A DNA stretch of 64,000 nucleotides from Chloroflexota bacterium (GCA_013112715.1 JABFGB010000030.1:4126-68125); one strand, 5' to 3'. Counted from the stretch's first letter, positions 36,630 through 46,289 are shown. The notes: generated by a model not told the origin, from the sequence alone. Program-made: numbers and translations.

Positions 36630-39413
36630 CTATGGATTCGGCGACCACGTGGCGGCTTGGGTCCCGACCCCCGCCGGGAAGCCAATATACTGCGACGTGT
36701 ACGCGCCCGAATTCCAGTCCAGATCGTTGCGATACCAGAAATACCCCTGTGTTGGTGACACCAGACCAAAGCTGTCCGTGCCATCGTTATTCCAATCCCC
36801 AACCACAAACGTCGTGGGGCCGGATACACCGGACGGCTCACCGATATACTGCGCCAAATTAAAGGCCGATTCGAGAATGTAGGCCGACGTATTGGTATAG
36901 GCGATAAATGGCCCGCGCCGACAGGCAATCGTGTCACGGTTGTCCACCGCCGGGTTATAGTTACCCGCGTCGAACTCAAACGGCCCACTGAATCCTTGTG
37001 CATCTGGCAAGAGGACACTCAGCCACTGCACCGTTTTGGATGGGTTGACCGTCACCGTGTCACACGTGAAATAGAGCGCGAAGGCTGCCCCATAGCCGGG
37101 GAAGAAGCCGCTGTCAATGACACCGAGGCAGTCATTCAACAGGGCATTATTAAAGCGCCCCGCCACCGCAAACACCCCGACATAACCGCCCCTCAGCCCA
37201 AACCATGTGCCGTCCCAGACCGGATTCGCGCCGAGCGTATTGGTGTGATAAAACACGCCGTTGGTGCCATACATGCCGGGGGTTTTGATGCCATCGCCGT
37301 CCCAGTCGCCCATCACCCACTGTCCTTCCACCGGAGCGCTCAAGGGCAGGGTGGGGTATTCGGCGGGGCCGGGTGGACTTTGCAGACTGCCATAGAACAC
37401 GCCGTAATCGGGGGTCACATCCGTATTAAACGTCACCACCGTGCTGCCACAGCCAGCATTGCGTCCCAGCATAGACTTGGGCTGTGGACACCAATCCGGG
37501 CCGATGTCACGATCCGTGCTGCGGGGGGATCGGCCTAGCGAATAGAGGTTATCATCGGTCAACGCCGAGGGAGTCGGGCCAGCAAAGTCCGTGTCAGCGC
37601 TGAGTGGGACGGCAGAACTGCCCCAGCGCACATAATCTATCGTCGTGCCCGTGCTGTCGTGTAGACTCACCGCCCCGGCTGCTCCTGTCACCCAATCGCC
37701 GATGGTCGTCGTCGTATAGAGCGTGGTCGCGGTGTTTGTTCCTGTCCCTTCCACAATCCGCACATAACTTCCCGCCGCCAGCGTAAAGGCAGGCACGGTG
37801 AAAGGGATGTCCGCATTACCACCACTGTCCATCAACCGAACTTGCCAGCCGTCAAGGGGGTAGGGGGCGGTGGACGCATTGTAGAGTTCGATGCTATCCG
37901 GTTCGCCCATATCCACTTCATTGATGACCACACACGGGTTATTGGCCCGGCCCATTGTGTTGACCTGCCCACACCAATCGCTGGTTCGGTCATAATCGGC
38001 CAGCGAACTTCGACGGGCCATACTGCCTTGCACCAGACTCGGCACGGGTATCGCCTCCCCTGCAAAACTTGTGCCTGCCGGGGCCGCAACCGTCGCCGCG
38101 CCCCACCGCATAAAATCTATCGGTACATCGGCTCCATCCCGCAGCCAGACCGCCCCGCCTGTGTTATTGAAACCTGTTGTTTGGCCCATATACAGCGTCG
38201 TGCTAGAATTGCTGCCCGCGCCCTCATTTAATGTCACAAACGCGCCGGGTTGCAGTGTAAAGGCGGGAAAGGTATAAGTGATGTCAAGCGTGTCTGGGTC
38301 ATCATACACCAGCACATCATAGCCCGTCAGCGTAATCGCGCGATCTGTGCCGTTATAGAGTTCGATCTGGCTCGGGTCGCCATAAAACACTTCACTGATG
38401 ACCAGACAGTGCTCGTTGCGACTGCCGAGTGTGCCACATTGCGCACTCCAATCGCTTCCTGAGTCGGTTTCATCGCTGTTGGCGTCGCGCCCCAATGTAT
38501 AGGGTTCTACCGGATTAGGCGGCGTGCCCACAAAACTTGTGCCTGCGGGTGCCCCAATTGTTGCCGTGCCCCACCGCACAAAATCCACCGGGCTAGGGTA
38601 GGGCGTAGACAGGACAACCGCCCCACCACTCGCGCCTACGTTCTCATGAATCCAGTTGCCGATATTCTGGTTCATGTAGAGGGTGTTGGTAGTGTTTGTC
38701 CCCGCTCCCTCGCGCAGTGTCACATATTGGCCGGGGTAAATATAGAAGGTCGGGATAACATAATTCACCTCGAGGGCGTTATTGTAGGCATATGTCTGCA
38801 CGCGATACCCTGTCAGGTTAATCACCGCGTTGGTCGGGTTATAGAGTTCAATCGCATCCGGCGTGCCCATATCCACTTCATTGATGACCACCGACGTGGG
38901 TGTGCCCTGAATCCCGCCTGCGTCATCCGCATCTATTGGGTTATTCGCGGCGACAAACGCATCCACCCCGATGACACTCCCATCTTGGGCATAGACCCGC
39001 AAGCGGTGCCATTCGTCTGTCAAATAATCAATCCGCGTGGTTTGTTGATACGAAGTGTTATCGGCAGTCGTAATCACCGTGCGCAGTACCGTGTCGTCTA
39101 CTTCCAGCACCAGCGTTCCCAAGCCCGGCCCACTCACATACAGTACCGCGATGCTGGCCCCATAAAATGGCAATTCCAGCGCCGCCTCGCCGCTGTTATA
39201 GAGATAGCTGCCACCGCTGGCATCCGGCGCGACCTGCAACGTCCAGTCGCCCACTCGTGTGACCAGCGCATCATCGGATTCGATTTTTTGCGGTTCTAGT
39301 GGGGTGGGGTCTTGGGAAAATACCCGATCAGAGGCAATTTGGGGCATCAGGCTAACTAACAAGGCAATAAGGGTGAGGATAATGAATAGACGAGGACGCG
39401 CTCGATAAGTCAT
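36630..39413 (-). CDS. Secreted lamin-tail-domain protein (paralogue 2)
   Basis: Same architecture as 29596-32403 with long identical peptide stretches. Confidence 0.88.
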   Translation of the reverse strand: MTYRARPRLFIILTLIALLVSLMPQIASDRVFSQDPTPLEPQKIESDDALVTRVGDWTLQVAPDASGGSYLYNSGEAALELPFYGASIAVLYVSGPGLGTLVLEVDDTVLRTVITTADNTSYQQTTRIDYLTDEWHRLRVYAQDGSVIGVDAFVAANNPIDADDAGGIQGTPTSVVINEVDMGTPDAIELYNPTNAVINLTGYRVQTYAYNNALEVNYVIPTFYIYPGQYVTLREGAGTNTTNTLYMNQNIGNWIHENVGASGGAVVLSTPYPSPVDFVRWGTATIGAPAGTSFVGTPPNPVEPYTLGRDANSDETDSGSDWSAQCGTLGSRNEHCLVISEVFYGDPSQIELYNGTDRAITLTGYDVLVYDDPDTLDITYTFPAFTLQPGAFVTLNEGAGSNSSTTLYMGQTTGFNNTGGAVWLRDGADVPIDFMRWGAATVAAPAGTSFAGEAIPVPSLVQGSMARRSSLADYDRTSDWCGQVNTMGRANNPCVVINEVDMGEPDSIELYNASTAPYPLDGWQVRLMDSGGNADIPFTVPAFTLAAGSYVRIVEGTGTNTATTLYTTTTIGDWVTGAAGAVSLHDSTGTTIDYVRWGSSAVPLSADTDFAGPTPSALTDDNLYSLGRSPRSTDRDIGPDWCPQPKSMLGRNAGCGSTVVTFNTDVTPDYGVFYGSLQSPPGPAEYPTLPLSAPVEGQWVMGDWDGDGIKTPGMYGTNGVFYHTNTLGANPVWDGTWFGLRGGYVGVFAVAGRFNNALLNDCLGVIDSGFFPGYGAAFALYFTCDTVTVNPSKTVQWLSVLLPDAQGFSGPFEFDAGNYNPAVDNRDTIACRRGPFIAYTNTSAYILESAFNLAQYIGEPSGVSGPTTFVVGDWNNDGTDSFGLVSPTQGYFWYRNDLDWNSGAYTSQYIGFPAGVGTQAATWSPNP

Positions 39414-39596
39414 GGTCTCATTCTCATTCCTATTCTTATTTTGATTTTCGCTCCGCCAGCGTTTTTTTGTGCGTACCCCCTAAGTATAAATGAGAAGCCT
39501 ATCCGAAAACTGTAAATAATCCCCACCAACGTTCATCAATAACACCATCCAATACTAAACTTGCCTGATTGATGCACAAAAAGCTGGAGTCATTAG

Positions 39597-39869
39597 CTAT
39601 TTCAAAGAAGCGAGAATCCGTTCATATTCGTCGTGTGAACCAATCCAGAACCAAATAATTGTGTCCTCTTCAAGGATGCCCAAGACTCGATAGTCAAGAG
39701 TTACACGAGCCGAATATATGGGTAAGCTGCGTCCCACTCTTTTGAAATGGAGACTGGGGTGATGCGGGTCATCCTTAAAGAATTGGTACGCTTGGCGGGC
39801 TTGCTTGCGAATTTGCAGGGGCAGACGCCGAAACGCCTTGCGGAATCGTACATCTAGTACGGATTTCAT
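39597..39869 (-). CDS. RelE/ParE-like toxin
   Basis: RFRKAFRRLP...DP.HPSLHFK...YSARV..DYR.LG......WFWIGSHDEY. Confidence 0.88.
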   Translation of the reverse strand: MKSVLDVRFRKAFRRLPLQIRKQARQAYQFFKDDPHHPSLHFKRVGRSLPIYSARVTLDYRVLGILEEDTIIWFWIGSHDEYERILASLK

Positions 39870-40087
39870 CTGTCTGCCCGGTCAACGGGAATCGTCTTGC
39901 CCGCTCGATGTTCAGCCAGTGCTTCTTTGGCCCATTGTTCGAGGAGGTCTTGTGAACCTGCCATTAATTCGTCCCACCGCTGCTCAGATTCGATCTCGGC
40001 AAGAATACGCTCGGCAAGGGCGTCCTGTTCCTCAGCGGGCAGTTTGGCAGCTTCGTGAAATGCTTTTTCGAGTAGTCGGGTGAGCAT
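39866..40087 (-). CDS. Antitoxin of the RelE/ParE-like toxin
   Basis: MLTRLLEKAF....LP..EQDA.A; ATGA overlap; ggaga RBS. Confidence 0.85.
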   Translation of the reverse strand: MLTRLLEKAFHEAAKLPAEEQDALAERILAEIESEQRWDELMAGSQDLLEQWAKEALAEHRAGKTIPVDRADR

Positions 40088-40112
40088 GATAATTCTCCTA
40101 TAATCCCGTCTA

Positions 40113-40391
40113 TTATTCTTCGGAATCGTGGGTGGGCGGTTTGTGTTCCAATTGTTCGCGGATGTCCGGCAGCGACTCATAAAACTGCTCGGCCCAGTGA
40201 ATTTGTTCGTCAATTTCGGCCTGATGCTCATAACAAAAGGCCCATGCTGCGTAAACTTCGGCGGGGGTCAACCCATACGCCTGACAAACGCGCTCCACAG
40301 GCCATTCGGGGTCATCTATGTAATCCACCAAAAACGCGACGCTCATGCCTTGACCCTCTAAAAACACAGTGCCTACTTTGCATAATCATAC
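40113..40391 (-). pseudogene. DUF433-like gene, probably frameshifted near the 5' end
   Basis: GLTPAEVYAAWAFCYEHQAEID; ATG starts behind the agaggg RBS are out of frame with the main ORF (GTG at 40367). Confidence 0.5.
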
Positions 40392-40545
40392 CCTCTTTCT
40401 CGCTCATTGGTAATCTGACACCATCTGTCAGGTGTTTGTCGGCTAAATTTCAGCGGATCGTTTGATTGGCATGTGATGAACACCGAGCAGAAAAATGGCG
40501 CATGGGCTACAGTCGGTCTTTCCTAGATTCAGAAAGGAAACCCCT

Positions 40546-41922
40546 ATGTGGCGTGTGGCATTGAAAATGGGTGGAATGACGTTATTGCTACTCTGCGGTT
40601 TGTTGTGGCTGGCCCGTCGAAATCAACACGAAGAATTGTGGTTAATCTACAGTCAAACAGCCATTGGAGAAGGCGGTATAGGTACAAGTATTGGGCGCGT
40701 GCGCTGGAACGATTTGGCGGGTGAACCTTTTACACCAGATGATTCGAACTACGAACAGTATAAAGGCATTGTCTTGCAGCCGGATGGTTGGTTAGTTTAC
40801 AGGGAAGATAACATACCCACACGGGCTTCACCAATCTTTCAGATGCGCCCTAATGGTGTCCAACGCAGGATATCTACTGCCTTGCCACATGATGCTACTC
40901 CAGCAGGATTTTCCCCTGATGGCGAATGGATGTATTACACCAAGCGCGACAATATTTACCATCGTCAACTGTATCGGATGCGCCTTGATGGAAGCCATGT
41001 CGAGCAATTGGCGGAGGAAATTAGCAATGCCGATGTAGCGATTGTGGATTGGTCATCAGATAATCAATGGGTCTATCTCCAATATGGCGCGGATTTGGAG
41101 AGTGTCGAAGCGTCGGAGATTGCCCGAATGCGGCCCGATGGCAGTGATTTTCAATTCATTACCGAAGGAAATATACCGTTCGACTGGGAGAACCAATCGG
41201 TAGGGTTTGCGGGCCTCTCATCAGACAATCAATGGGTTTATTACTATACCTACGCTGGCATTTATCGAATTCGCCCAGATGGCTCCGATATACGGTTCGT
41301 AATTCCGGGTCGCTGGACACGTCTAGTGGGATGGTCGGCGGACGGGCAGTGGATTATTGCGCGTCTCCAAGTTGGAGATGACTTATTCTATTTTCGAGCC
41401 AGTGTGACCCAATCAACCATAAAGCAACTTGGGAAAACCGCCCTGCGATCCAAAGGTTCTTGGTGGTTCGATGCGTGGCTGAGTCCGAGTCGAAAATTAC
41501 TAGTGTATCAATATCTTGGCCCACATAATCCTCCTACGGGTGAGTTGCTAAACAATAGTGATCCCGTTTCTTGGGATATGGATTTGATGTTAGCCCCGAC
41601 AGATGGTAGCCTGCCGACCATTTTGACGGCGGGAATGTACTCTGAATCAGTAGTAGGGTGGTCTCCTGACGAACAATGGGTCATCATCTCCGTAAGGGGC
41701 CAGCTATATCGTGTCCATCTCGACAGCACCAAATTGGAAAAATTGCCCGCCCCATACGACAGTTCTATTTTGGGCTGGTGGACGATGCCGAAGAAATCTG
41801 TTCATCTAGGCTGGTTGGCGGTCTTAGCGGTAATGCTAGTGGGTCTTGGCTACTTGCCAGTGACCCCATTTGTCTCATTTAAACAAATTTCAACGCCCTC
41901 TCTTGACAAAAATTTAGACTAG
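40546..41922 (+). CDS. Membrane-anchored TolB-like beta-propeller protein
   Basis: N- and C-terminal TM segments; repeated (W/F)S.DGEW.Y...MR.DG motifs. Confidence 0.85.
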   Translation: MWRVALKMGGMTLLLLCGLLWLARRNQHEELWLIYSQTAIGEGGIGTSIGRVRWNDLAGEPFTPDDSNYEQYKGIVLQPDGWLVYREDNIPTRASPIFQMRPNGVQRRISTALPHDATPAGFSPDGEWMYYTKRDNIYHRQLYRMRLDGSHVEQLAEEISNADVAIVDWSSDNQWVYLQYGADLESVEASEIARMRPDGSDFQFITEGNIPFDWENQSVGFAGLSSDNQWVYYYTYAGIYRIRPDGSDIRFVIPGRWTRLVGWSADGQWIIARLQVGDDLFYFRASVTQSTIKQLGKTALRSKGSWWFDAWLSPSRKLLVYQYLGPHNPPTGELLNNSDPVSWDMDLMLAPTDGSLPTILTAGMYSESVVGWSPDEQWVIISVRGQLYRVHLDSTKLEKLPAPYDSSILGWWTMPKKSVHLGWLAVLAVMLVGLGYLPVTPFVSFKQISTPSLDKNLD

Positions 41923-41954
41923 GCTAAACTATAAGTAAGGTTAGTCTGGACTTA
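41903..41954 (+). promoter_or_regulatory. feoA promoter with two tandem DtxR/IdeR-like boxes
   Basis: TTGACA at 41903, TAAACT at 41925; 19-mers TTAGACTAGGCTAAACTAT (41914) and TAAGGTTAGTCTGGACTTA (41936), each 15/19 to TWAGGTWAGSCTWACCTWA. Confidence 0.75.
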
Positions 41955-41965
41955 GGTTTGAAGGA

Positions 41966-42235
41966 TTGGATACCGTGCGATTAGATGAACTGCAAAAGGG
42001 TCAAACGGGGGTGGTCAAAGCCCTACACATTACTGGCCCCAATCGCCGCCGCCTCATGGACTTAGGCATCCTACCCGGCACGCACATCGAAGTCGAGATG
42101 AAAAGCCCACTGGGTGATCCGGTGGCCTATCGTGTACGCGGCGCGGTCATCGCCCTTCGCCAAGTTCAGGCCCGTGAAATAGAGATTACTTTGGATGTCC
42201 CCTCAACGGAGGCTGCTGAAAATGTCCACTCGTGA
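41966..42235 (+). CDS. feoA: FeoA
   Basis: RRRLMDLGILPG..I......PLGDPVAY.VRG..IALR; TTG start. Confidence 0.95.
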   Translation: MDTVRLDELQKGQTGVVKALHITGPNRRRLMDLGILPGTHIEVEMKSPLGDPVAYRVRGAVIALRQVQAREIEITLDVPSTEAAENVHS

Positions 42236-43046
42236 AACCACCGTCAATACCCACTGCCAGACCTGTCCGGCCTATCAAAATGCCAAACTGCATCGGCTGG
42301 GGATTGATGTCAGCAACTTCGATTATGCCATTGCGCTGGCGGGCAACCCCAACACGGGCAAAAGCACGCTGTTTAACGCCATGACGGGCCTGCGTCAGCA
42401 CGTCGGCAATTGGACGGGTAAAACCGTCGCCCGTGCCGAAGGAGCTTACAATTTTAACGGCAAGAATTACAAGGTGGTGGACTTGCCGGGGACATATTCG
42501 CTGCTTTCAACCAGCCAAGACGAAGAAATTGCCCGCGATTTCATCCTGTTTGGTCAGCCCAACGCGACAGTGGTGGTCGTAGATGCGACCCGCCTTGAAC
42601 GTAACTTGAATTTGACCTTGCAGATTTTGGAAATCACGGATCGTGTGGTGGTCGCGCTCAACTTGATTGATGAAGCCGAACGACACGGCCTGCAAATTGA
42701 TGTGCGTGCCCTCAGCAAGCAGTTGGGGGTGCCCGTCGTGCCGATGGTGGCGCGGAAGGGCGTCGGCCTAGAGGATTTATTGGGCAATATCGAGGCCGTC
42801 ATCACCGGGCAATATGTGACCCGCCCGCACCGTGTCAAACATTATGACCCCCGGTTAGAAAAGGCTATCAGTCAGTTGGCGACGCAGCTAGAAGACCAAT
42901 TTCCCGGCCTGCCCAATACGCGCTGGGTAGCCCTGCGCTTGCTGGATGGCGACCCCTCGATTGAACAGGCCGTGCGCGAAGGCACATTGGGTGAATTGTC
43001 GGGGGTAGGGCGCTCCGATGAGGTCTTGATGCTGCAAACGGCGTAG
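42222..43046 (+). CDS. feoB: FeoB N-terminal GTPase/GDI half (split FeoB)
   Basis: G1 GNPNTGKS, G2 NWTGKTV, G3 DLPGTY, G4 NLID; N-terminal CxxC; no membrane domain. Confidence 0.93.
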   Translation: MSTRETTVNTHCQTCPAYQNAKLHRLGIDVSNFDYAIALAGNPNTGKSTLFNAMTGLRQHVGNWTGKTVARAEGAYNFNGKNYKVVDLPGTYSLLSTSQDEEIARDFILFGQPNATVVVVDATRLERNLNLTLQILEITDRVVVALNLIDEAERHGLQIDVRALSKQLGVPVVPMVARKGVGLEDLLGNIEAVITGQYVTRPHRVKHYDPRLEKAISQLATQLEDQFPGLPNTRWVALRLLDGDPSIEQAVREGTLGELSGVGRSDEVLMLQTA

Positions 43047-43067
43047 AGAATTCATCCTCACGCCCCA

Positions 43068-43222
43068 GAACTTGTCCAGTGTTGGGGGAATCGCATGATT
43101 TGGCGGAATTGAAGGTGTACGTGTTTCATCTTCGTAGGGACGCAATATATTGCGTCCGTACTTAAAACCCTTTATCCATGCGGCTTATGAGAATGACCCA
43201 AAACCGCATGTCAGACACGCCT
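43068..43222 (+). mobile_element. Diverged MITE-A copy
   Basis: gaacttgtcc...gtagggacgcaatatattgcgtccgtac...agacacgcct. Confidence 0.7.
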
Positions 43223-43267
43223 CCCCATGCTACTCGGTAGACCGGGAGATGGGGACAAATCAAAAAA

Positions 43268-43283
43268 TTTAGGCGCATCTAAA
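43268..43283. promoter_or_regulatory. DtxR/MntR/SirR-like palindrome upstream of the multicopper oxidase
   Basis: TTTAGGCGCATCTAAA in an A-rich context, 14 bp before the ATG. Confidence 0.55.
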
Positions 43284-43297
43284 AAATAGGAACAAAC

Positions 43298-44407
43298 ATG
43301 AGCAACAACGCAGTAACACGACGACGATTCATGGCAGGTACATTAGGGACAGGGGCCGCCGCGCTCCTTGCCAGATTTGCCAACAAAGCCAGCGGACAGG
43401 ATGGGGGTCAATATAACGGCAACGGGGAGCATCGCGGTGGCGCTCATTCCGACGGCGTATCTGGCCCAATGGGGCGGGTGGATCATGCCCGCAACGGTTT
43501 TCACCCCACCGAAATCCTGACCGATTTTAACTATGGGGATCGGGTGGTCGAAGAAAATGGGCGCACCATCCGCGAATATGACTTCATTGCGATTGACCAA
43601 GAGGTCGAAATCGCCCCCGGTATCTTTTTCCCGGCGTGGACGTTTAATGGACGCATCCCCGGCCCGACCATTCGCTGCACCGAAGGCGATTTGATTCGCA
43701 TCAATTTTATTAATGCCAGCGAACACCCGCATACGATTCATTTTCATGGCATCCACCCCGCCAGTATGGACGGTGTGCCGATCATGGAAAATATGCAGCA
43801 CATGCCGCGTGATCTGACCGGCCCCGGCATGATTCCATCCGGCGAAAGTTTCACCTATGAATTCACTGCCGAGCCATTTGGGATGCACCTGTATCACTGT
43901 CATGCCATCCCGCTCAAACGGCATATTCACAAAGGCCTGTATGGCGCGTTTATCATTGACCCGCCCGAACCGCGACCCGAAGCGCACGAGATGGTGATGG
44001 TCATGAACGCCTTTGATACCAACTTCGACAATGCCAACGAGGTCTACGCCGTCAATACCATCGCCTTTGCTTATAACAACGACCCGATTCAGATTAAGGT
44101 CAATGAATTGGTGCGGATTTATCTGGTCAATTTGGTCGAATTTGATTTACTGAACTCATTCCATCTGCACGCCAACTTTTTTGATTATTACGACACGGGC
44201 ACAACGCTGGAGCCGACTTTGCGAACCGTAGACACGATTATGCAAGTGCAGGGCCAACGCGGGATTTTGGAGTTCCGCTATAGATTCCCCGGTATGTTTA
44301 TGTTCCACGCCCACGTCAGCGAATTTGCCGAATTGGGCTGGATGGGCATGTTTCATGTGGTCGAGGATGCGACCATTATCGGCATGGAGGGCATGAATCA
44401 TGACTAG
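43298..44407 (+). CDS. Tat-exported two-domain multicopper oxidase
   Basis: Tat motif TRRRFM; HTIHFHGIH, YHCH...H....L in domain 1; FHLH and FHAH in domain 2. Confidence 0.92.
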   Translation: MSNNAVTRRRFMAGTLGTGAAALLARFANKASGQDGGQYNGNGEHRGGAHSDGVSGPMGRVDHARNGFHPTEILTDFNYGDRVVEENGRTIREYDFIAIDQEVEIAPGIFFPAWTFNGRIPGPTIRCTEGDLIRINFINASEHPHTIHFHGIHPASMDGVPIMENMQHMPRDLTGPGMIPSGESFTYEFTAEPFGMHLYHCHAIPLKRHIHKGLYGAFIIDPPEPRPEAHEMVMVMNAFDTNFDNANEVYAVNTIAFAYNNDPIQIKVNELVRIYLVNLVEFDLLNSFHLHANFFDYYDTGTTLEPTLRTVDTIMQVQGQRGILEFRYRFPGMFMFHAHVSEFAELGWMGMFHVVEDATIIGMEGMNHD

Positions 44408-45593
44408 CATGAATGCAACGTCAGCATCGCCTTCCCCGATTTGGCAGCGTTGGTTAATGGCGCTTGGCCCATTGGTCGTACTGATTGCGATTGTGGCCCT
44501 GTTTCTTAGCAGCGACCCGCTGTCAGTCTTTACGGGCGAAGTACCGCCGATTGAAGAATTGCAGACCCAACGGGTGGTGCTGAATTCGGATGGCATTACC
44601 ATCCACTTGCTGAACAATGGCCCCGACCCCGTGACCATCGCGCAGGTCTTGGTAGACGACGCCTATTGGCATTTTGAGATCACCGATGGCGACCAAAAGA
44701 TCAATCGTCTCGAACGCGCCACGCTGGAAATCCCCTATCCTTGGGTCGAAGGCGAAGCGCATGAAGTGGTGATTCTCAGCAGCACGGGCGTGACGTTCCC
44801 CGTTGAAATTGCGGTCGCGTTGGAGACCCCCGAAGCGACCTCCAAGCAGTTTACCGCCTACGGCCTGTTGGGGATTTACGTCGGCATTATTCCGGTGGCG
44901 CTCGGCCTGCTGTGGTATCCATTTTTACGCACCATCGGCTCGCGCTGGATGAATTTTGTGCTGGCGCTGACCGTCGGGATGCTCGTCTTTTTAGCGGTGG
45001 ATACTATCCTAGAAGCCCTTGAAGTCGCCGTCGAAGTACCGGGCACATTTCAGGGCGGGCCGCTGGTCTATTTGGTCACGCTGCTCAGTTTCTTGGCGAT
45101 TGTCGCGGTGGGCCGCAACAGCAAACGGCCCGATTCGCGCCTGTTCCTTGCCTACATGATTGCATTGGGCATCGGCTTTCACAATTTGGGTGAAGGTCTG
45201 GCAGTCGGCACGGCCTTTGCATTGGGTGAGGCGTCATTGGGGGCATTTTTGGTGGTCGGGTTTACGCTGCACAACATCACCGAAGGCATTGGTATTGCCG
45301 CCCCGATTGCCAAAGAACGGCCCAAGCTGATTCATTTTGTGCTGCTGACCCTGTTAGCAGGCGCTCCGGCGATTATCGGGACGTGGTTGGGTGGTTTCGC
45401 CTTTGACCCGCTACTGGCCGTGATTTTCTTGAGTATTGGTGCGGGGGCGATCTTACAGGTCGTCTATGAAGTGACCCGCTTGATTTTACGCAGCGCCGAA
45501 CGTGAAAATACACCCGCCCTGTCGTGGATGAATTTGGGCGGCTTGACGGCGGGTATCGCCATCATGTATTTCACGGCGTTTCTCGTCGCGTAA
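44400..45593 (+). CDS. ZIP family metal transporter with N-terminal extracytoplasmic domain
   Basis: IGFHNLGEG, LHNITEG; N-terminal TM plus a ~100-aa beta-rich domain; 8-bp overlap with the oxidase gene. Confidence 0.92.
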   Translation: MTSMNATSASPSPIWQRWLMALGPLVVLIAIVALFLSSDPLSVFTGEVPPIEELQTQRVVLNSDGITIHLLNNGPDPVTIAQVLVDDAYWHFEITDGDQKINRLERATLEIPYPWVEGEAHEVVILSSTGVTFPVEIAVALETPEATSKQFTAYGLLGIYVGIIPVALGLLWYPFLRTIGSRWMNFVLALTVGMLVFLAVDTILEALEVAVEVPGTFQGGPLVYLVTLLSFLAIVAVGRNSKRPDSRLFLAYMIALGIGFHNLGEGLAVGTAFALGEASLGAFLVVGFTLHNITEGIGIAAPIAKERPKLIHFVLLTLLAGAPAIIGTWLGGFAFDPLLAVIFLSIGAGAILQVVYEVTRLILRSAERENTPALSWMNLGGLTAGIAIMYFTAFLVA

Positions 45594-45637
45594 TAACCTC
45601 ACCCCAAACCCCTCGCCAGATGGAGAGGGGGCCGGGG

Positions 45638-45814
45638 TTCTCAAGGGTAGGTTTTTCGCGGGTCGCCAGAGAATGAATTCTCCGGCTATCCCTGCAAAGT
45701 CGGTTTAAACCGACTAGGGAAGTCACATATATCCCTAGTCCAATTCATTGGACTTTGTCTCGATAGCCGCCGACTTCAGTCGGTGGGCACATATCAGAAA
45801 CCTACCCTTGAGAA
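45638..45814 (+). mobile_element. MITE-B, complete (177 bp, 17-bp TIR, 11-bp flanking direct repeat) inside a REP
   Basis: ttctcaagggtaggttt/aaacctacccttgagaa; gggggccgggg at 45627-45637 and 45815-45825. Confidence 0.8.
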
Positions 45815-45869
45815 GGGGGCCGGGGGGTGAGGTAAACCATTATCGTAAACCATAGGAGTATGTTTCAAC

Positions 45870-46289
45870 GTGAACCGACGTAACTTTTACTGGTTTTCTT
45901 GGCTGCTGGTGCTGTTGGCCCTTGTATTGGTGGCCTGTGGCAAAGACGCCAGCGCCGATGACCTACCCGCCCCGGATTCGGTGGGCGACCCCATCGCGGG
46001 ACAACAAATCTTTGTGACCCGCCATGACGAAGTGCCGTCCTGTAGTTTTTGCCACAATGTAGACAGCGACAAGGCCAAAACCGGGCCGTCCTTGCAGAAT
46101 ATCGCCAACGTCGCCGGAAGTCGGGTGGATGGGATGAACGCGGAGGAATATCTGCGCCAATCCATCCTTGACCCGAATGCCTATATCGCCGATGGCAAGG
46201 CCCGCAGCCGCATGTATGCCCATTTCGCCGATGTGTTAACGCCGGAAGAAATTGACAATCTCGTGGCCTATCTGCTGACCCTGCGCTAA
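45870..46289 (+). CDS. Lipoprotein monoheme cytochrome c
   Basis: Lipobox LVLVAC, CSFCH heme motif, GPSL, distal Met (SRMY); aggag RBS, GTG start. Confidence 0.92.
   Translation: MNRRNFYWFSWLLVLLALVLVACGKDASADDLPAPDSVGDPIAGQQIFVTRHDEVPSCSFCHNVDSDKAKTGPSLQNIANVAGSRVDGMNAEEYLRQSILDPNAYIADGKARSRMYAHFADVLTPEEIDNLVAYLLTLR

Noticed and set aside
29571-39299. Long antisense and alternate-frame ORFs over the LTD genes, kinase and other GC-rich genes
   Set aside because: They are shadow ORFs caused by codon bias of the real gene and have no recognisable motifs.
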